Positions 14,670 through 29,620 of a stretch of 64,000 nt of DNA are shown one piece after another. Position 1 is the first letter of the stretch; every line of letters starts with the position of its first letter. The stretch is from the human T2T-CHM13v2.0 reference genome, Homo sapiens, in assembly GCF_009914755.1 (NCBI RefSeq), contig NC_060933.1, one strand, 5' to 3'. A model generated the notes under the pieces. The model was not told where the DNA came from, ran no database searches, and saw only the letters and a program-made list of their open reading frames with translations. A program made the translations under genes and the position numbers.

Positions 14670-17600
14670 CGGGTTGATTCAATTCCATTGCATTCCATTC
14701 CATTCCATTCCATTCCATTCCGTTGCATTCCATTCCATTACATTCGGATTGATTCTATTCAACTCCCTTACTCTCCATTACATTCCATTCCATTCGGGTT
14801 GTTCCATTCCATTCCATTCCATTCCACTCCATTCCATTGCACTCGGGTTGATTCCATTCCATTCCATTCCATTCCATTCCATTCCATTCCATTCCGGATG
14901 ATTCCATTCCATTGCATTCCGTTCCATTACATTCCCCTGCACTCGCGTTGATTCCATTCCATTCCATTCCATTCCATTCAATTCCATTCCATTACAATTC
15001 GTTCCATTCCATTCTATTCCGTACCATTCCATTCCATTCCATACCATTCCATTCCATTCCATTCCATTCCATTCCGTTCCATTCCATTCCATTCCATTCT
15101 ATTCGGGTTAATTCCATTCCATTCCATTCCATTCCATTCCATTCTATTCCATTCCATTGCAATCGAGTTGAATCCATTTCATTCCATTCCATTCCATTCC
15201 ATTCCATTCCATTCCGGAAGATTCCATTCCATTGCATTCCACTCCATTCCATTCCCCTGCTCTCGCGTTGATTCCATTCCATTCCATTCCATTCCATTCC
15301 ATCCATTCCGTTCCGTTCCGTTCCATTCCATTCCATTCCATTCCATTCCATTCCATTCCATTCCGTTCCGTTCCATTCCATTCCATTCCATTCCATTCCG
15401 GTTAATTCCATTCCATTCCATTCGATTGCAATCGAGTTGATTCCATTCCATTCCATTCCATTCCATTCCATTCCATTCCTTTCCATTCCATTACGGATGA
15501 TTCCATTCCATTGCATTCCATTCCATTTCATTCCCCTGTACTCGGGTTGATTCCATTCCATTCCATTCCAATCCATGCCATTCCACTCGTGTTGATTCCA
15601 TACTTTCCATTCCATTCAAGTTGAATCCATTCCATTGCATTCCATTCCATTCGATTCCATTCGATTGCACTCGGGTTGATTCCATTCCATTGCATTCCAT
15701 TCCATTCCATTCCATTCCATTCCATTCCATTCCGTTCCATTCCATTCCATTACATTCGGATTGATTCTATTCAATTCCCTTACAGTCCATTACTTTCCAT
15801 TCCATTCGGGTAGTTTCCATTCCATTCCATTCCATTCCCCTCCATTCCATTGCACTCGGGTTGATTCCATTCCATTGCATTCCATTCCATTCCATTCATT
15901 TCCATTCCGTTCCATTCCATTCCATTACATTTGGATTGATTCTATTCAACTCCCTTACTCTCCATTACATTCCATTCCATTCGGGTTGTTCCATTCCATT
16001 CCATTCCATTCCACTCCATTCCATTGCACTCGGGTTTATTCCATTCCATTCCATTCCATTCCATTCCATTCCATTCCATTCCGGAAGATTCCATTCCATT
16101 GCATTCCATTCCATTCCATTCCCCTGCACTCGCGTTGATTCCATTCCATTCCATTCCATTCCATTCCATTGCATTCCATTCCATTCCATTCCTTTCCGTT
16201 CCATTCCATTCCATTCCATTCCATTCCAATCCATTCCCTTCCGTTCCGTTCCATTCCATTCCATTCCATTCTATTCGGGTTAATTCCATTCCATTCCATT
16301 CGATTGCAATCGAGTTGATTCCATTCCATTCTATTCCATTCCATTCCATTCCATTCCATTCTTTTCCATTCCATTCCATTTCGGATGATTCCATTGCATT
16401 GCATTCCATTCAATTCCATTCCCCTGTACTCGGGTTGATTCCATTGCATTCCATTCCAATCCATGCCATTCCACTCGTGTTGATTCCATTCTTTCCATTC
16501 CATTCAAGTTGAATCCATTCCATTGCATTCCATTCCATTCCATTCCCCTGCAGTCGGGTTGATTCCATTCCATTCCATTCCATTCCATTCCATTCCATTC
16601 CATTCCATTCCGTTCCGTTCCATTCCATTCCATTCCATTCTATTCGGGTTAATTCCATTCTATTCCATTCCATTCCATTCCAATCGAGTTGATTCCATTC
16701 CATTCCATTCCATTCCATTCCACTCCATTCCATTCCACTCCATTCCAGTCCTTTCCATTCCATTCCACTCGGGTTGATTCCAATGTATTCCTTTCCATTC
16801 CATTCCATTCTATTGCAATCGAGTTGATTCCATTGCTTTGCATTCCATTCCATTCCATTCCATTCCGGATGATTCCATTCCATTGCATTCCATTCCATTC
16901 CACTCCCCTGCACTCGTGTTGTTTCCATTCCATTCCACTCCATTCCGTTCCATTCCATTACATTCCATTGTATTCGGGTTAATTCCATTCCATTCCATTC
17001 CATTCCATTCCATTACAATCGAGTTGATTCAATTCCATTCCATTCCATTCCAGTCCTTTCCATTCCATTCCACTCGGGTTGATTCCATTCTATTAGTTTC
17101 CATTCCATTCCATTCCCTTCCATTCCACTCTGGTTGATACCATTCCTTTCCATTCCACTCGAATACATTCCCTCCTATTCCACTCGGAACAATTCCATTC
17201 CATTCCATTCCATTCCATTCCATTCCATTCCATTCCATTCCATTCCATTTCGTTCCATTCCATTCTATTCCGTATCATTCCATTCCATTCCATTCCATTC
17301 CATTCCATTCCATTCCATTCCATTCCATTGTACTCAGGTTGATTCAATTCCATTGCATTCCATTCCATTCCATTCCATTCCATTCCATTCCATTCCGTTC
17401 TATTCCATTCCATTACATTCGGATTGATTCTATTCAACTCCCTTACTCTCCATTACATTCCATTCCATTCGGGTTGTTCCATTCCATTCCATTCCATTCC
17501 ACTCCATTCCATTGCACTCGGGTTGATTCCATTCCATTCCATTCCATTCCATTCCATTCCATTCCATTCCATTCCGGATGATTCCATTCCATTGCATTCC

Positions 17601-19612
17601 GTTCCATTACATTCCCCTGCACTCGCGTTGATTCCATTCCATTCCATTCAATTCCGTTCCATTACAATTCGTTCCATTCCATTCTATTCCGTACCATTCC
17701 ATTCCTTTCCATACCATTCCATTCCATTCCATTCCGTTCCATTCCGTTCCATTCCATTCCATTCCATTCTACTCGGATTAATTCCATTCCATTCCATTCC
17801 ATTCGATTCCATTCCATTCTATTCCATTCCATTGCCATCGAGTTCAATCCATTGCATTCCATTCCATTCCATTCCATTCCATTCCATTCCATTCCGGAAG
17901 ATTCCATTCCATTTCATTCCATTCCATTCCATTCCCCTGCACTCGCGTTGATTCCATTCCATTCCATTCCATTCCATTCCGTTCCGTTCCATTCCATTCC
18001 ATTCCATTCCATTCCATTCCGTTCCGTTCCATTCCATTCCATTCCATTCTATTCGGGTTAATTCCATTCCATTCCATTCGATTGCAATCGAGTTGATTCC
18101 ATTCCATTCTATTCCATTCCATTCCATTACATTCCATTCCTTTCCATTCCATTACGGATGATTCCATTCCATTGCATTCCATTCCATTCCATTCCCCTGT
18201 ACTCGGGTTGATTCCATTGCATTCCATTCCAATCCATGCCATTCCACTCGTGTTGATTCCATTCTTTCCATTCCATTCAAGTTGAATCCATTCCATTGCA
18301 TTCCATTCCATTCGATTCCATTCGATTGCACTCGGGTTGATTCCATTCCATTGCATTCCATTCCATTCCATTCCATTCCATTCCATTCCATTCCATTCCG
18401 TTCCATTCCATTCCATTACATTCGGATTGATTCTATTCAATTCCCTTACACTCCATTACATTCCATTCCATTCGGGTAGTTTCCATTCCATTCCATTCCA
18501 TTCCTCTCCATTCCATTGCACTCGGGTTGATTCCATTCCATTGCATTCCATTCCATTCCATTCAATTCCATTCCGTTCCATTCCATTCCATTACATTCGG
18601 ATTCATTCTATTCAACTCCCTTACTCTCCATTACATTCCATTCCATTCGGGTTGTTCCATTCTATTCCATTCCATTCCACTCCATTCAATTGCACTCGGG
18701 TTTATTCCATTCCATTCCATTCCATTCCATTCCTTAAGATTCCATTCCATTGCATTCCATTCCATTCCATTCCCCTGCACTCGCGTTGATTCCATTCCAT
18801 TCCATTCCATTCCATTCCATTGCATTCCATTCCATTCCATTCCTTTCCGTTCCATTCCATTCCATTCCATTCCATTCCATTCCATTCCAATCCATTCCAT
18901 TCCGTTCCGTTCCGTTCCATTCCATTCCATTCCATTCTATTCGGGTTAATTCCATTCCATTCCATTCGATTGCAATCGAGTTGATTCCATTCCATTCTAT
19001 TCCATTCCATTCCATTCCATTCCATTCCTTTCCATTCCATTCCATTTCGGATGATTCCATTCCATTGCATTCCATTCAATTCCATTCCCCTGTACTCGGG
19101 TTGATTCCATTGCATTCCATTCCAATCCATGCCATTCCACTCGTGTTGATTCCATTCTTTCCATTCCATTCAAGTTGAATCCATTCCATTGCATTCCATT
19201 CCATTCCATTCCCCTGCAGTCGGGTTGATTCCATTCCATTCCATTCCATTCCATTCCATTCCATTCCATTCCATTCCGTTCCGTTCCATTCCATTCCATT
19301 CCATTCTATTCGGGTTAATTCCATTCCATTCCATTCCATTCCATTCCAATCGAGTTGATTCCATTCCATTCCATTCCATTCCATTCCACTCCATTCCATT
19401 CCACTCCATTCCAGTCCTTTCCATTCCATTCCACTCGGGTTGATTCCAATGTATTCCTTTCCATTCCATTCCATTCCATTGCAATCGAGTTGATTCCATT
19501 GCTTTGCATTCCATTCCATTCCATTCCATTCCGGATGATTCCATTCCATTGCATTCCATTCCATTCCACTCCCCTGCACTCGTGTTGTTTCCATTCCATT
19601 CCACTCCATTCC
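14670..19612 (+). repeat. Higher-order tandem repeat, ~2,666-bp unit, ~1.9 copies (second truncated)
   Basis: ORF offsets 15861/18527, 16331/18997, 16523/19189 and 16838/19504 all equal 2,666. Shared rare words CCACTCCCCTGCACTCGTGTTGTTTCC (~16900/~19566) and TTTCGGATGA. The copies diverge at ~16947/19613. Confidence 0.85.
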
Positions 19613-22169
19613 ATTGCAATCGAGTTGAATCCATTGCATTCCATTCCATTCCATTCCATTCCATTCCATTCCATTCCATTCCGGAAGATTCCATTCCATT
19701 GCATTCCATTCCATTCCATTCCATTCCATTCCATTCCATTCCATTGTACTCGGGTTGATTCCATTCCATTGCATTCCATTCCATTCCATTCCATTCCATT
19801 CCATTCCCTTCCATTCCATTCCATTCCATTCCATTCCATTCCTTTCCATTCCATTACGGATGATTCCATTCCATTGCATTCCATTCCATTCCCCTGTACT
19901 CGGGTTGATTCCATTCCATTCCATTGCAATCCATGCCATTCCACTCGTGTTTATTCCATTCTTTCCATTCCATTAAAGTTGAATCCATTCCATTGCATTC
20001 CATTCCATTCGATTCCATTCGATTGCACTCGGGTTGATTCCATTCCATTGCATTCCATTCCATTACATTTCATTCCATTCCTTTCCATTCCAATCCATTC
20101 CATTCCATTCCATTCCACTCGAGTTGATTTCATTCCATTCCTTTCCATTCCATTCCATTCCTTTCCACTCGAGTTGATTCCATTCCATTCCATTCCATTG
20201 CATTCCATTCCATGCCGTTCCACTCGGGTTGATTCCATTCCATTCCATTCCATTCCATTCCATTGTACTCTGGTTGATTGCATTCCATTCCATTCCATTC
20301 CATTCCATTCCGTTGCATTCCATTCCATTACATTCGGATTGATTCTATTCAACTCCCTTACTCTCCATTACATTCCATTCCATTCGGGTTGTTCCATTCC
20401 ATTCCATTCCATTCCACTCCATTCTATTGCACTCGGGTTGATTCCATTCCATTCCATTCAATTCCATTCCATTCCGGATGATTCCATTCCATTGCATTCC
20501 ATTCCATTACATTCCCCTGCACTCACGTTGATTCCATTCCATTCCATTCCATTCCATTCAATTCCATTCCATTACAATTCGTTCCATTCCATTCTATTCC
20601 GTACCATTCCATTCCATTCCATACCATTCCATTGCATTCCATTCCATTCCATTCCGTTCCATTCCGTTCCATTCCATTCTATTCGGGTTAATTCCATTCC
20701 ATTCCATTCCATTCCATTCTATTCCATTCCATTGCAATCGAGTTGAATCCATTGCATTTCATTCCATTCCATTCCATTCCATTCTATTCCGGAAGATTCC
20801 ATTCCATTGCAATCCATTCCATTCCATTCCCGTGCACTCGCGTTGATTCCATTCCATTCCATTCCATTCCATTCCATTCCATTCCATTCCATTCCGTTCC
20901 GTTCCGTTCCGTTCCGTTCCATTCCATTCCATTCCATTCCATTCCATTCCGTTCCGTTCCATTCCATTCCATTCCATTCTATTCGGTTTAATTCCATTCC
21001 ATTCCATTCGATTGCAATCGAGTTGATTCCATTCCATTCCATTCCATTCCATTCCTTTCCATTCCATTACGGATTATTCCATTCCATTGCATTCCATTCC
21101 ATTCCATTCCCCTGTACTCGGGTTGATTCCATTCCATTCCATTCCAATCCATGCCATTCCACTCGTGTTGATTCCATTCTTTCCATTCAATTCAAGTTGA
21201 ATCCATTCCATTGCATTCCATTCCATTCGATTCCATTCGACTGCACTCGGGTTGATTCCATTCCATTGCATTCCATTCCATTCCATTCCATTCCATTCCA
21301 TTCCCTTCCATTACATTCGGATTGATTCTATTCAATTCCCTTACACTCCAATACATTCCATTTCACTCGGGTAGTTTCCATTCCATTCCATTCCTCTCCA
21401 TTCCATTGCACTCGGGTTGATTCCATTCCATTGCATTCCATTCCATTCCATTCAATTCCATTCCGTTCCATTCCATTCCATTACATTCGGATTGATTCTA
21501 TTCAACTCCCTTACTCTCCATTACATTCCATTCCATTCGGGTTGTTCCATTCCATTCCATTCCATTCAACTCCATTCCATTGCACTCGGGTTTATTCCAT
21601 TCAATTCCATTCCATTCCATTCCATTCCATTCCATTCCATTCCATTCCTTTCCGTTCCATTCCATTCCATTCCATTCCTTTCCATTCCATTCCATTCCAT
21701 TCCCCTGCACTCGCGTTGATTCCATTCCATTCCATTCCATTCCATTCCATTCCATTCCATTCCGTTCCGTTCCGTTCCGTTCCGTTCCATTCCATTCCAT
21801 TCCATTCCATTCCGTTCCGTTCCGTTCCATTCCATTCCATTCCATTCTATTCGATTTAATTCCATTCCATTCCATGCGATTGCAATCGAGTTGATTCCAT
21901 TCCATTCCATTCCATTCCTTTCCATTCCATTACGGATGATTCCATTCAATTGCATTCCATTCCATTCCTTTCCCCTGTACTCGGGTTGATTCCATTCCAT
22001 TCCATTCCAATCCATGCCATTCCACTCGTGTTGATTCCATTCTTTCCATTCCATTCAAGTTGAAAACATTCCATTGCTTTCCATTCCATTCCATTCCCCT
22101 GCAGTCGGGTTCATTCCATTCCATTGCATTCCATTCCATTCCATTTCATTCCGTTCCGTTCCGTTCCGT

Positions 22170-25100
22170 TCCATTCCATTCCATTCCATTCTATTCGGGT
22201 TAATTCCATTCCATTCCATTCCATTCCAATCGAGTTGATTCTATTCCATTCCATTCCATTCCATTCCAGTCCATTCCAGTCCTTTCCATTCCATTCCACT
22301 CGGGTTGATTCCAATGTATTCCTTTCCATTCCATTCCATTCCATTGCAATCGAGTTGATTCCATTGCTTTGCATTCCATTCCATTCCATTCCATTCCGGA
22401 TGATTCCATTCCATTGCATTCCATTCCATTCCATTCCCCTGCACTCGGGTTGATTCCATTCCATTCCACTCCATTCCGTTCCATTCCATTCCATTCCATT
22501 GTATTCGGGTTAATTCCATTCCATTCCAGTCCATTCCATTCCATTCCATTCCATTACAATCGAGTTGATTCCATTCCATTCCATTGCATTCCATTCCAGT
22601 CTTTTCCATTCCATTCCACTCGGGTTGATTCCATTCTATTAGTTTCCATTCCATTCCATTCCCTTCCATTCCACTCTGCTGATTCCATTCCTTTCCATTC
22701 CACTCGAATACATTCCCTCCTATTCCACTCGGAACGATTCCATTCCATTCCATTCCATTCCATTCCATTCCATTCCATTCCATTTCGTTCCTTTCCATTC
22801 TATTCCGTATCATTCCATTCCATTCCATTCCATTCCATTCCATTCCATTCCATTCCACTCGTGTTGATTCCATTCCTTTCCATTCCATTAGGTTTGAAGG
22901 CATTCCATTCCATTCCATTCCATTCCATTCCATTCCATTGTACTCGGGTTGATTGCATTCCAATGCATTCCATTCCATTCCATTCCGGATGATTCCATTC
23001 CATTGCATTCCATTCCATTCCATTCCCCTGCACTCGGGTTGATTCCATTCCATTCCATTCCATTACATTCCGTTCCATTCCATTGCATTCCATTCGGATT
23101 GATTCTATTCAATTCCCTTACACTCCATTACATTCCATTCCATTCGGGTAGTTTCCATTCCATTCCATTCCATTCCTCTCCATTCCATTGCACTCGGGTT
23201 GATACCATTCCATTCCATTCCATTACATTCCATTCCATTCCATTCTTTCCATTCCGTTCCATTTTACTCGGGTTGATTCCATTCCATTGCATTCCATTCC
23301 ATTCCATTCCATTCCATTCCGTTCCATTCCATTCCGTTCCATTCCATTACATTCGGATTGATTCTATTCAACTCCCTTACTCTCCATTACATTCCATTCC
23401 ATTCGGGTTGTTCCATTCCATTCCATTCCATTCCACTCCATTCCATTGCACTCGGGTTGATTCCATTCCATTCCATTCCATTCCATTCCATTCCATTCCA
23501 TTCCATTCCGGATGATTCCATTCCATTGCATTCCGTTCCATTACATTCCCCTGCACTCGGGTTGATTCCATTCCATTCCATTCCTTTCCATTCGATTCCA
23601 TTCCATTCCAATTCATTCCATTCCATTCTATTCCGTACCATTCCATTCCATTCCATACAATTCCATTCCATTCCATTCCACTCCGTTCCGTTCCGTTCAG
23701 TTCCGTTCCATTCCGTTCCATTCCATTCCATTCCATTCTATTCGGTTTAATTCCATTCCATTCCATTCCATTCTATTCCATTCCATTGCAATCGAGTTGA
23801 ATCCATTGCATTCCATTCCATTCCATTCCTTTCCATTCTATTATACTCGGGTTGATTCCATTCCATTGCATTCCATTCCATTCCATTCCATTCCATTCCG
23901 TTCCATTCCATTCCATTACATTTGGATTGATTCTTTTCAACTCCCTTACTCTCCATTACATTCCATTCCATTCGGGTTGTTCCATTCCATTCCATTCCAT
24001 TCCACTCCATTCCATTGCACTCGGGTTGATTCCATTCCATTCCATTCCATTCCATTCCATTCGGGATGATTCCTTTCCATAGCATTCCGTTCCATTACAT
24101 TCCCCTGCACTCGGGTTGATTCCATTACATTCCATTCCATTCCATTCGATTCCATTCCATTCTCCTGCACTCGCGTTGATTCCATTCCATTCCATTCCAT
24201 TCCGTTCCATTCCATTCCATTCCATTCTATTCGGGTTAATTCCATTCCATTCCATTCCATTCCAATCGATTTGATTCCATTCCATTCCATTCCATTCCAT
24301 TCCATTCCACTCCATTCCAGTCCTTTCCATTCCATTACACTCGGGTTGACTCCATTCTATTCCTTTCCATTCCATTCCATTCCATTGCAATCGAGTTGAT
24401 TCCATTGCTTTGCATTCCATTCCATTCCATTCCATTCCGGATGATTCCATTCCGTTGCATTCCATTCCATTCCATTCCCATGCACTCGGGTTGATTCCAT
24501 TCCATTCCACTCCATTCCGTTCCATTCCATTCCATTCCATTGTATTCGGGTTAATTCCATTCCAGTCCAGTCCATTCCATTCCATTCCATTCCATTACAA
24601 TCGAGTTGATTCCATTCCATTCCATTCCATTCCATTCCAGTCCTTTCCATTCCATTCCACTCGGGTTGATTCCTTTCTATTAGTTTCCATTCCATTCCAT
24701 TCCCTTCCATTCCACTCTGCTGATTCCATTCCTTTCCATTCCACTCGAATACATTCCCTCCTATTCCACTCGGAACGATTCCATTCCATTCCATTCCATT
24801 CCATTCCATTCCATTCCATTTCGTTCCATTCCATTCTATTCCGTATCATTCCATTCCATTCCATTCCATTCCATTCCAGTCCATTCCACTCCATTCCATT
24901 CCATTCCATTCCACTCGTGTTGATTCCATTCCTTTCCATTCCATTAGGTTTGAAGGCATTCCATTCCATTCCATTCCATTCCATTCCATTCCATTCCATT
25001 CCATTGTACTCGGGTTGATTCCATTCCATTGCATTCCATTCCATTCCATTCCGGATGACTCCATTCCATTGCATTCCATTCCTTTCCATTCCCCTGCACT

Positions 25101-25270
25101 CGGGTTGATTCCATTCCATTCCATTCCATTACACTCCGTTCCATTCCATTCCATTCCATTCGGATTGATTCTATTCAATTCCCTTACACTCCATTACATT
25201 CCATTCCATTCGGGTAGTTTCCATTCCATTCCATTCCATTCCTCTCCATTCCATTGCACTCGGGTTGATT
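22170..25270 (+). repeat. Direct duplication of a ~1.05-kb block at ~2,041-bp offset (~22170-23215 and ~24210-25270)
   Basis: ORF offsets 22369/24410 and 22554/24595; landmark at 22705/24746; shared 1-bp-deleted CTCTGCTGATT and CATTAGGTTTGAAGGC. Confidence 0.8.
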
Positions 25271-28200
25271 CCATTCCATTCCATTCCATTCCATTCCATT
25301 CCGGATGATTCCATTCCATTGCATTCCATTCCATTCCATTCCCCTGCACTCGGGTTGATTCCATTCGATTCCATTGCATTACATTCCGTTCCATTCCGTT
25401 CCATTTCATTCTATTCTATTCAATGTATTCCATACATTCCCCTGCACTCGCGTTGATTCCATTCCATTCCATTCCATTCCATTGAATTCCATTCCATTAC
25501 AATTCCTTCCATTCCATTCTATTCCGTACCATTCCATTCCATTCCATACCATTCCATTGCATTCCATTCCATTCCATTCCATTCCATTCCATTCCACTCC
25601 ATTCCAGTCCTTTCCATTCCATTCCAATCAGGTTGATTCCATCCTATTCCTTTCCATTCCATTCCTTTCCATTGCAATCGAGTTGATTGCATTGCTTTGC
25701 ATTCCATTCCATTCCATTCCATTCCGGACGATTCCATTCCATTGCGTTCCATTCCATTCCATTCCCCTGCACTCGTGTTGAATCCATTCCATTCCACTCC
25801 ATTCCGTTCCATTCCATTCCATTCCATTACATTCCATTGTATTCGGGTTAATTCCATTCCATTCCATTCCATTCCATTCCATTCCATTCCATTCCATTCC
25901 ATTACAATCGAGTTGATTCCATTCCATTCCATTCCATTCCATTCCAGTCCTTTCCATTCCATTCCACTCGGGTTGATTCCAATCTATTAGTTTCCATTCC
26001 ATTCCATTCCCTTCCATTCCACTCTGGTTGATTCCATTCCTTTCCATTCCACTCGAATACATTCCCTCCTATTCCACTCCGAACGATTCCATTCCATTCC
26101 ATTCCATTCCATTCCATTCTGTTCCATTCCATTCCATTACATTCGGATTGATACTATTCAATTCCCTTACACTCCATTACATTCCATTCCATTCGGGTAG
26201 TTTCCATTCCATTCCATTCCATTCCTCTCCATTCCATTGCACTCGGGTTGATTCCACTCCATTGCATTCCATTCCATTCCATTCAATTCCATTCCGTTCC
26301 ATTCCATTCCATTACATTCGGATTGATTATATTCAACTCCCTTACTCTCCATTACATTCCATTCCATTCGGGTTGTTCCATTCCATTCCATTCCATTCCA
26401 CTCCATTCCATTGCACTCGGGTTGATTCCATTCCATTCCATTCCATTCCATTCCATTCCATTCCATTCCATTCCGGATGATTCCATTCCATTACATTCCG
26501 TTCCATTACATTCCCTTGCACTCGGGTTGATTCCATTCCATTCCATTCCATTCCATTCGATTCCATTCCATTCCAATTCTTTCCATTCCATTCTATTCCG
26601 TACCATTCCATTCCATTCCATACAATTCCATTCCATTCCATTCCATTCCGTTCCGTTCCGTTCCGTTCCGTTCCGTTCCGTTCCATTCCATTCCATTCCA
26701 TTCTATTCGGGTTAATTCCATTCCATTCCATTCCATTCCATTCTATTCCATTCCATTGTAATCGAGTTGAATCCATTGCATTCCATTCCATTCCATTCCG
26801 GAAGATTCCATTGCATTGCATTCCATTCCATTCCATTCCCCTGCACTCGTGTTGATTCCATTCCATTCCATTCCATTCCATTCCATTCCGAACCGTTCCA
26901 TTCCATTCCATTCCATTCCATTCCATTCCGTTCCGTTCCGTTCCATTCCATTCCATTCCATTCCATTCTATGAGGGTTAATTCCATTCCATTCCATTCGA
27001 TTGCAATCGAGTTGATTCCATTCCATTCCATTCCATTCCATTCCATTCCATTCCATTCCATTCCTTTCCATTACATTACGTATGATTCCATTCCATTTCA
27101 TTCCATTCCATTCCATTCCCCTGTACTCGGGTTGATTCCATTCCATTCCATTCCAATCCATGCCATTCCACTCGTGTTGATTCCATACTTTCCATTCCAT
27201 TCAAGTTGAATCCATTCCATTGCATTCCATTCCATTCGATTCCATTCGATTGCACTCGGGTTGATTCCGTGGCTTTGCATTCCATTCCATTCCATTCCAT
27301 TCCCCTGCACTTGGGTTGATTCCATTCCATTCCATTCCATTCCTTTCTGTTCCATTCCATTCCATTCCATTCCATTCTATTCGTGTTAATTCCATTCCAT
27401 TCTATTCCATTCCATTCCATTGAAATCGAGTTGATTCCATTCCATTCCATTCCATTCCATTCCATTCCATTCCATTCCATTCCGGATGATTCCATTGCAT
27501 TGCATTCCATTCCATTCCATTCCCCTGCACTCGGGTTGATTCCATTCGATTCCATTGCATTACATTCCGTTCCATTCCGTTCCATTTCATTCTATTCGGG
27601 TTAATTCCATTCCATTGCATTCCACTCCATTCCAGTCCTTTCCATTCCATTCCACTCGGGTTCATTCCATTCTATTCCTTTCCATTCCATTCCATTCCAT
27701 TGCAATCCAGTTGATTCCATTCGAGTTGAATCCATTCCATTCCATTCCATTCCATTGCACACGGGTTCATTCCATTCCATTCCATTCCATTCCATTCCAT
27801 TCCATTTCATTCCATTCCATTCTATTCCGTACCATTCCATTCCATCCGATTCCATTCCGTTCCATTCCATGCCATTACACTCGGGTTGATTCCATTCCTT
27901 TCCATTCCATTCTTGTTGAATCCATTCCATTCCATTCCATTCCATTCGAATCCATTCCATTGCACTCGGGTTGATTCCATTCCATTCCATTCCATTCCAT
28001 TTCATTCCATTCCATTCCATTACATTCGGATTGATTCTATTCAATTCCCTTACACTCCGTTACATTCCATTCCATTCGGGATGTTTCCATTCCATTCCAT
28101 TCCATTCCACTCCATTCCATTGCATCAGGTTGATGGCATTCCATTCCATTCCATTCCATTCCGGATGATTCCATTCCATTGCATTCCATTCCATTCCATT

Positions 28201-28889
28201 CCCCTGCACTCGGGTTGATTCCATTCCATTCCATTCCATTCCATTCCATTCCGTTCAATTCCATTCCATTCCATTCTATTCTGGTTAATTCCATTCCATT
28301 ACATTCGATTCCATTCCATTGCCTTCCATTCCATTGCAATCGAGTTGATTCCATTCCATTCTATTCCATTCCGTTCCGGATCATTCCATTCCATTCCATT
28401 CCATTCCATTCCATTCCATTCCCCGGCAGTCGGGTTGATTCCATTCCCTTCCATTCCAGTCCATTCCATTCCATTCCATTCCATTCCATTCCATTCCATT
28501 CCTTTCCATTCCATTCCATTCCATTCTATTCGGGTTAATTCCATTCCATTCCATTCCATTCCATTCCATTCCATTCCATTCCATTCCAATCGAGTTGATT
28601 CCATTCCATTCCATTCCATTCCATTCCATTCCATTCCACTCCATTCCACTCCTTTCCATTCCATTACACTCGGGTTGATTCCATTCTATTCCTTTCCATT
28701 CCATTCCATTCCATTGCAATCGAGTTGATTCCATGGCTTTGCATTCCATTCCATTCCATTCCATTCCGGATGATTCCATTCCATTGCATTCCGTTCCATT
28801 ACATTCCCCTGCACTCGGGTTGATTCCATTCCATTCCATTCGATTCCATTCCATTCCCCTGCACTCGCGTTGATTCCATTCCATTCCAT

Positions 28890-29620
28890 TCCATTCCATT
28901 CCATTCCTTTCCGTTCCATTCCATTCCATTCCATTCCGTTCCGTTCCATTCCATTCCATTCCATTCTATTCGCGTTAATTCCATTCCATTCCATTCGATT
29001 GCAATCGAGTTTATTCCATTCCATTCCATTCCATTCCATTCCATTCCGTTCCATTCCATTCCTTTCCATTCCATTACGGATGATTCTATTCCATTGCATT
29101 CCATTCCATTCCATTCCCCTGTACTCGGGTTGATTCCATTGCATTCCATTCCATTCCATTCCCCTGCAGTCAGGTTGATTCCATTCCATTCCATTCCATT
29201 CCATTCCATTCCATTCCGTTCCGTTCCGTTCCGTTCCATTCCATTCCATTCCATTCTATTCGTGTTAATTCCATTCCATTCCATTCCATTCCATTCCATT
29301 CCATTCCATTCCATTCCATTCCATTCCTTTCCGTTCCATTCCATTGCATTCCATTCCATTCCGTTCCCTTCCATTCCATTCCAATCCATTCTATTCGCGT
29401 TAATTCCATTCCATTCCATTCGATTGCAATCGAGTTGATTCCATTCCATTCCATTCCATTCCATTCCATTCCATTCCATTCCTTTCCATTCCATTACGGA
29501 TGATTCTATTCCATTTCATTCCATTCCATTCCATTCCCCTGTACTCGGGTTGATTCCATTGCATTCCATTCCATTCCATTCTCCTGCGGTCGGGTTGATT
29601 CCATTCCATTCCATTCCATT
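28890..29620 (+). repeat. ~420-bp local tandem duplication
   Basis: CCATTACGGATGATTCTATT at 29071 and 29491; CTATTCGCGTTAA at ~28966 and 29391. Confidence 0.7.

Noticed and set aside
19355-20746. Long ORFs (463 aa here; 417 aa at 12466-13719; 362 aa at 59323-60411; 336 aa at 35432 and 38453) and all other ORFs in the track
   Set aside because: Pure (CATTC)n has no stop codon in any of six frames and has ATG in every GGAAT-strand pentamer, so overlapping MEWNG/IPFHS ORFs are expected. There is no domain-like sequence, and the peptide type simply flips strand at the inversion.
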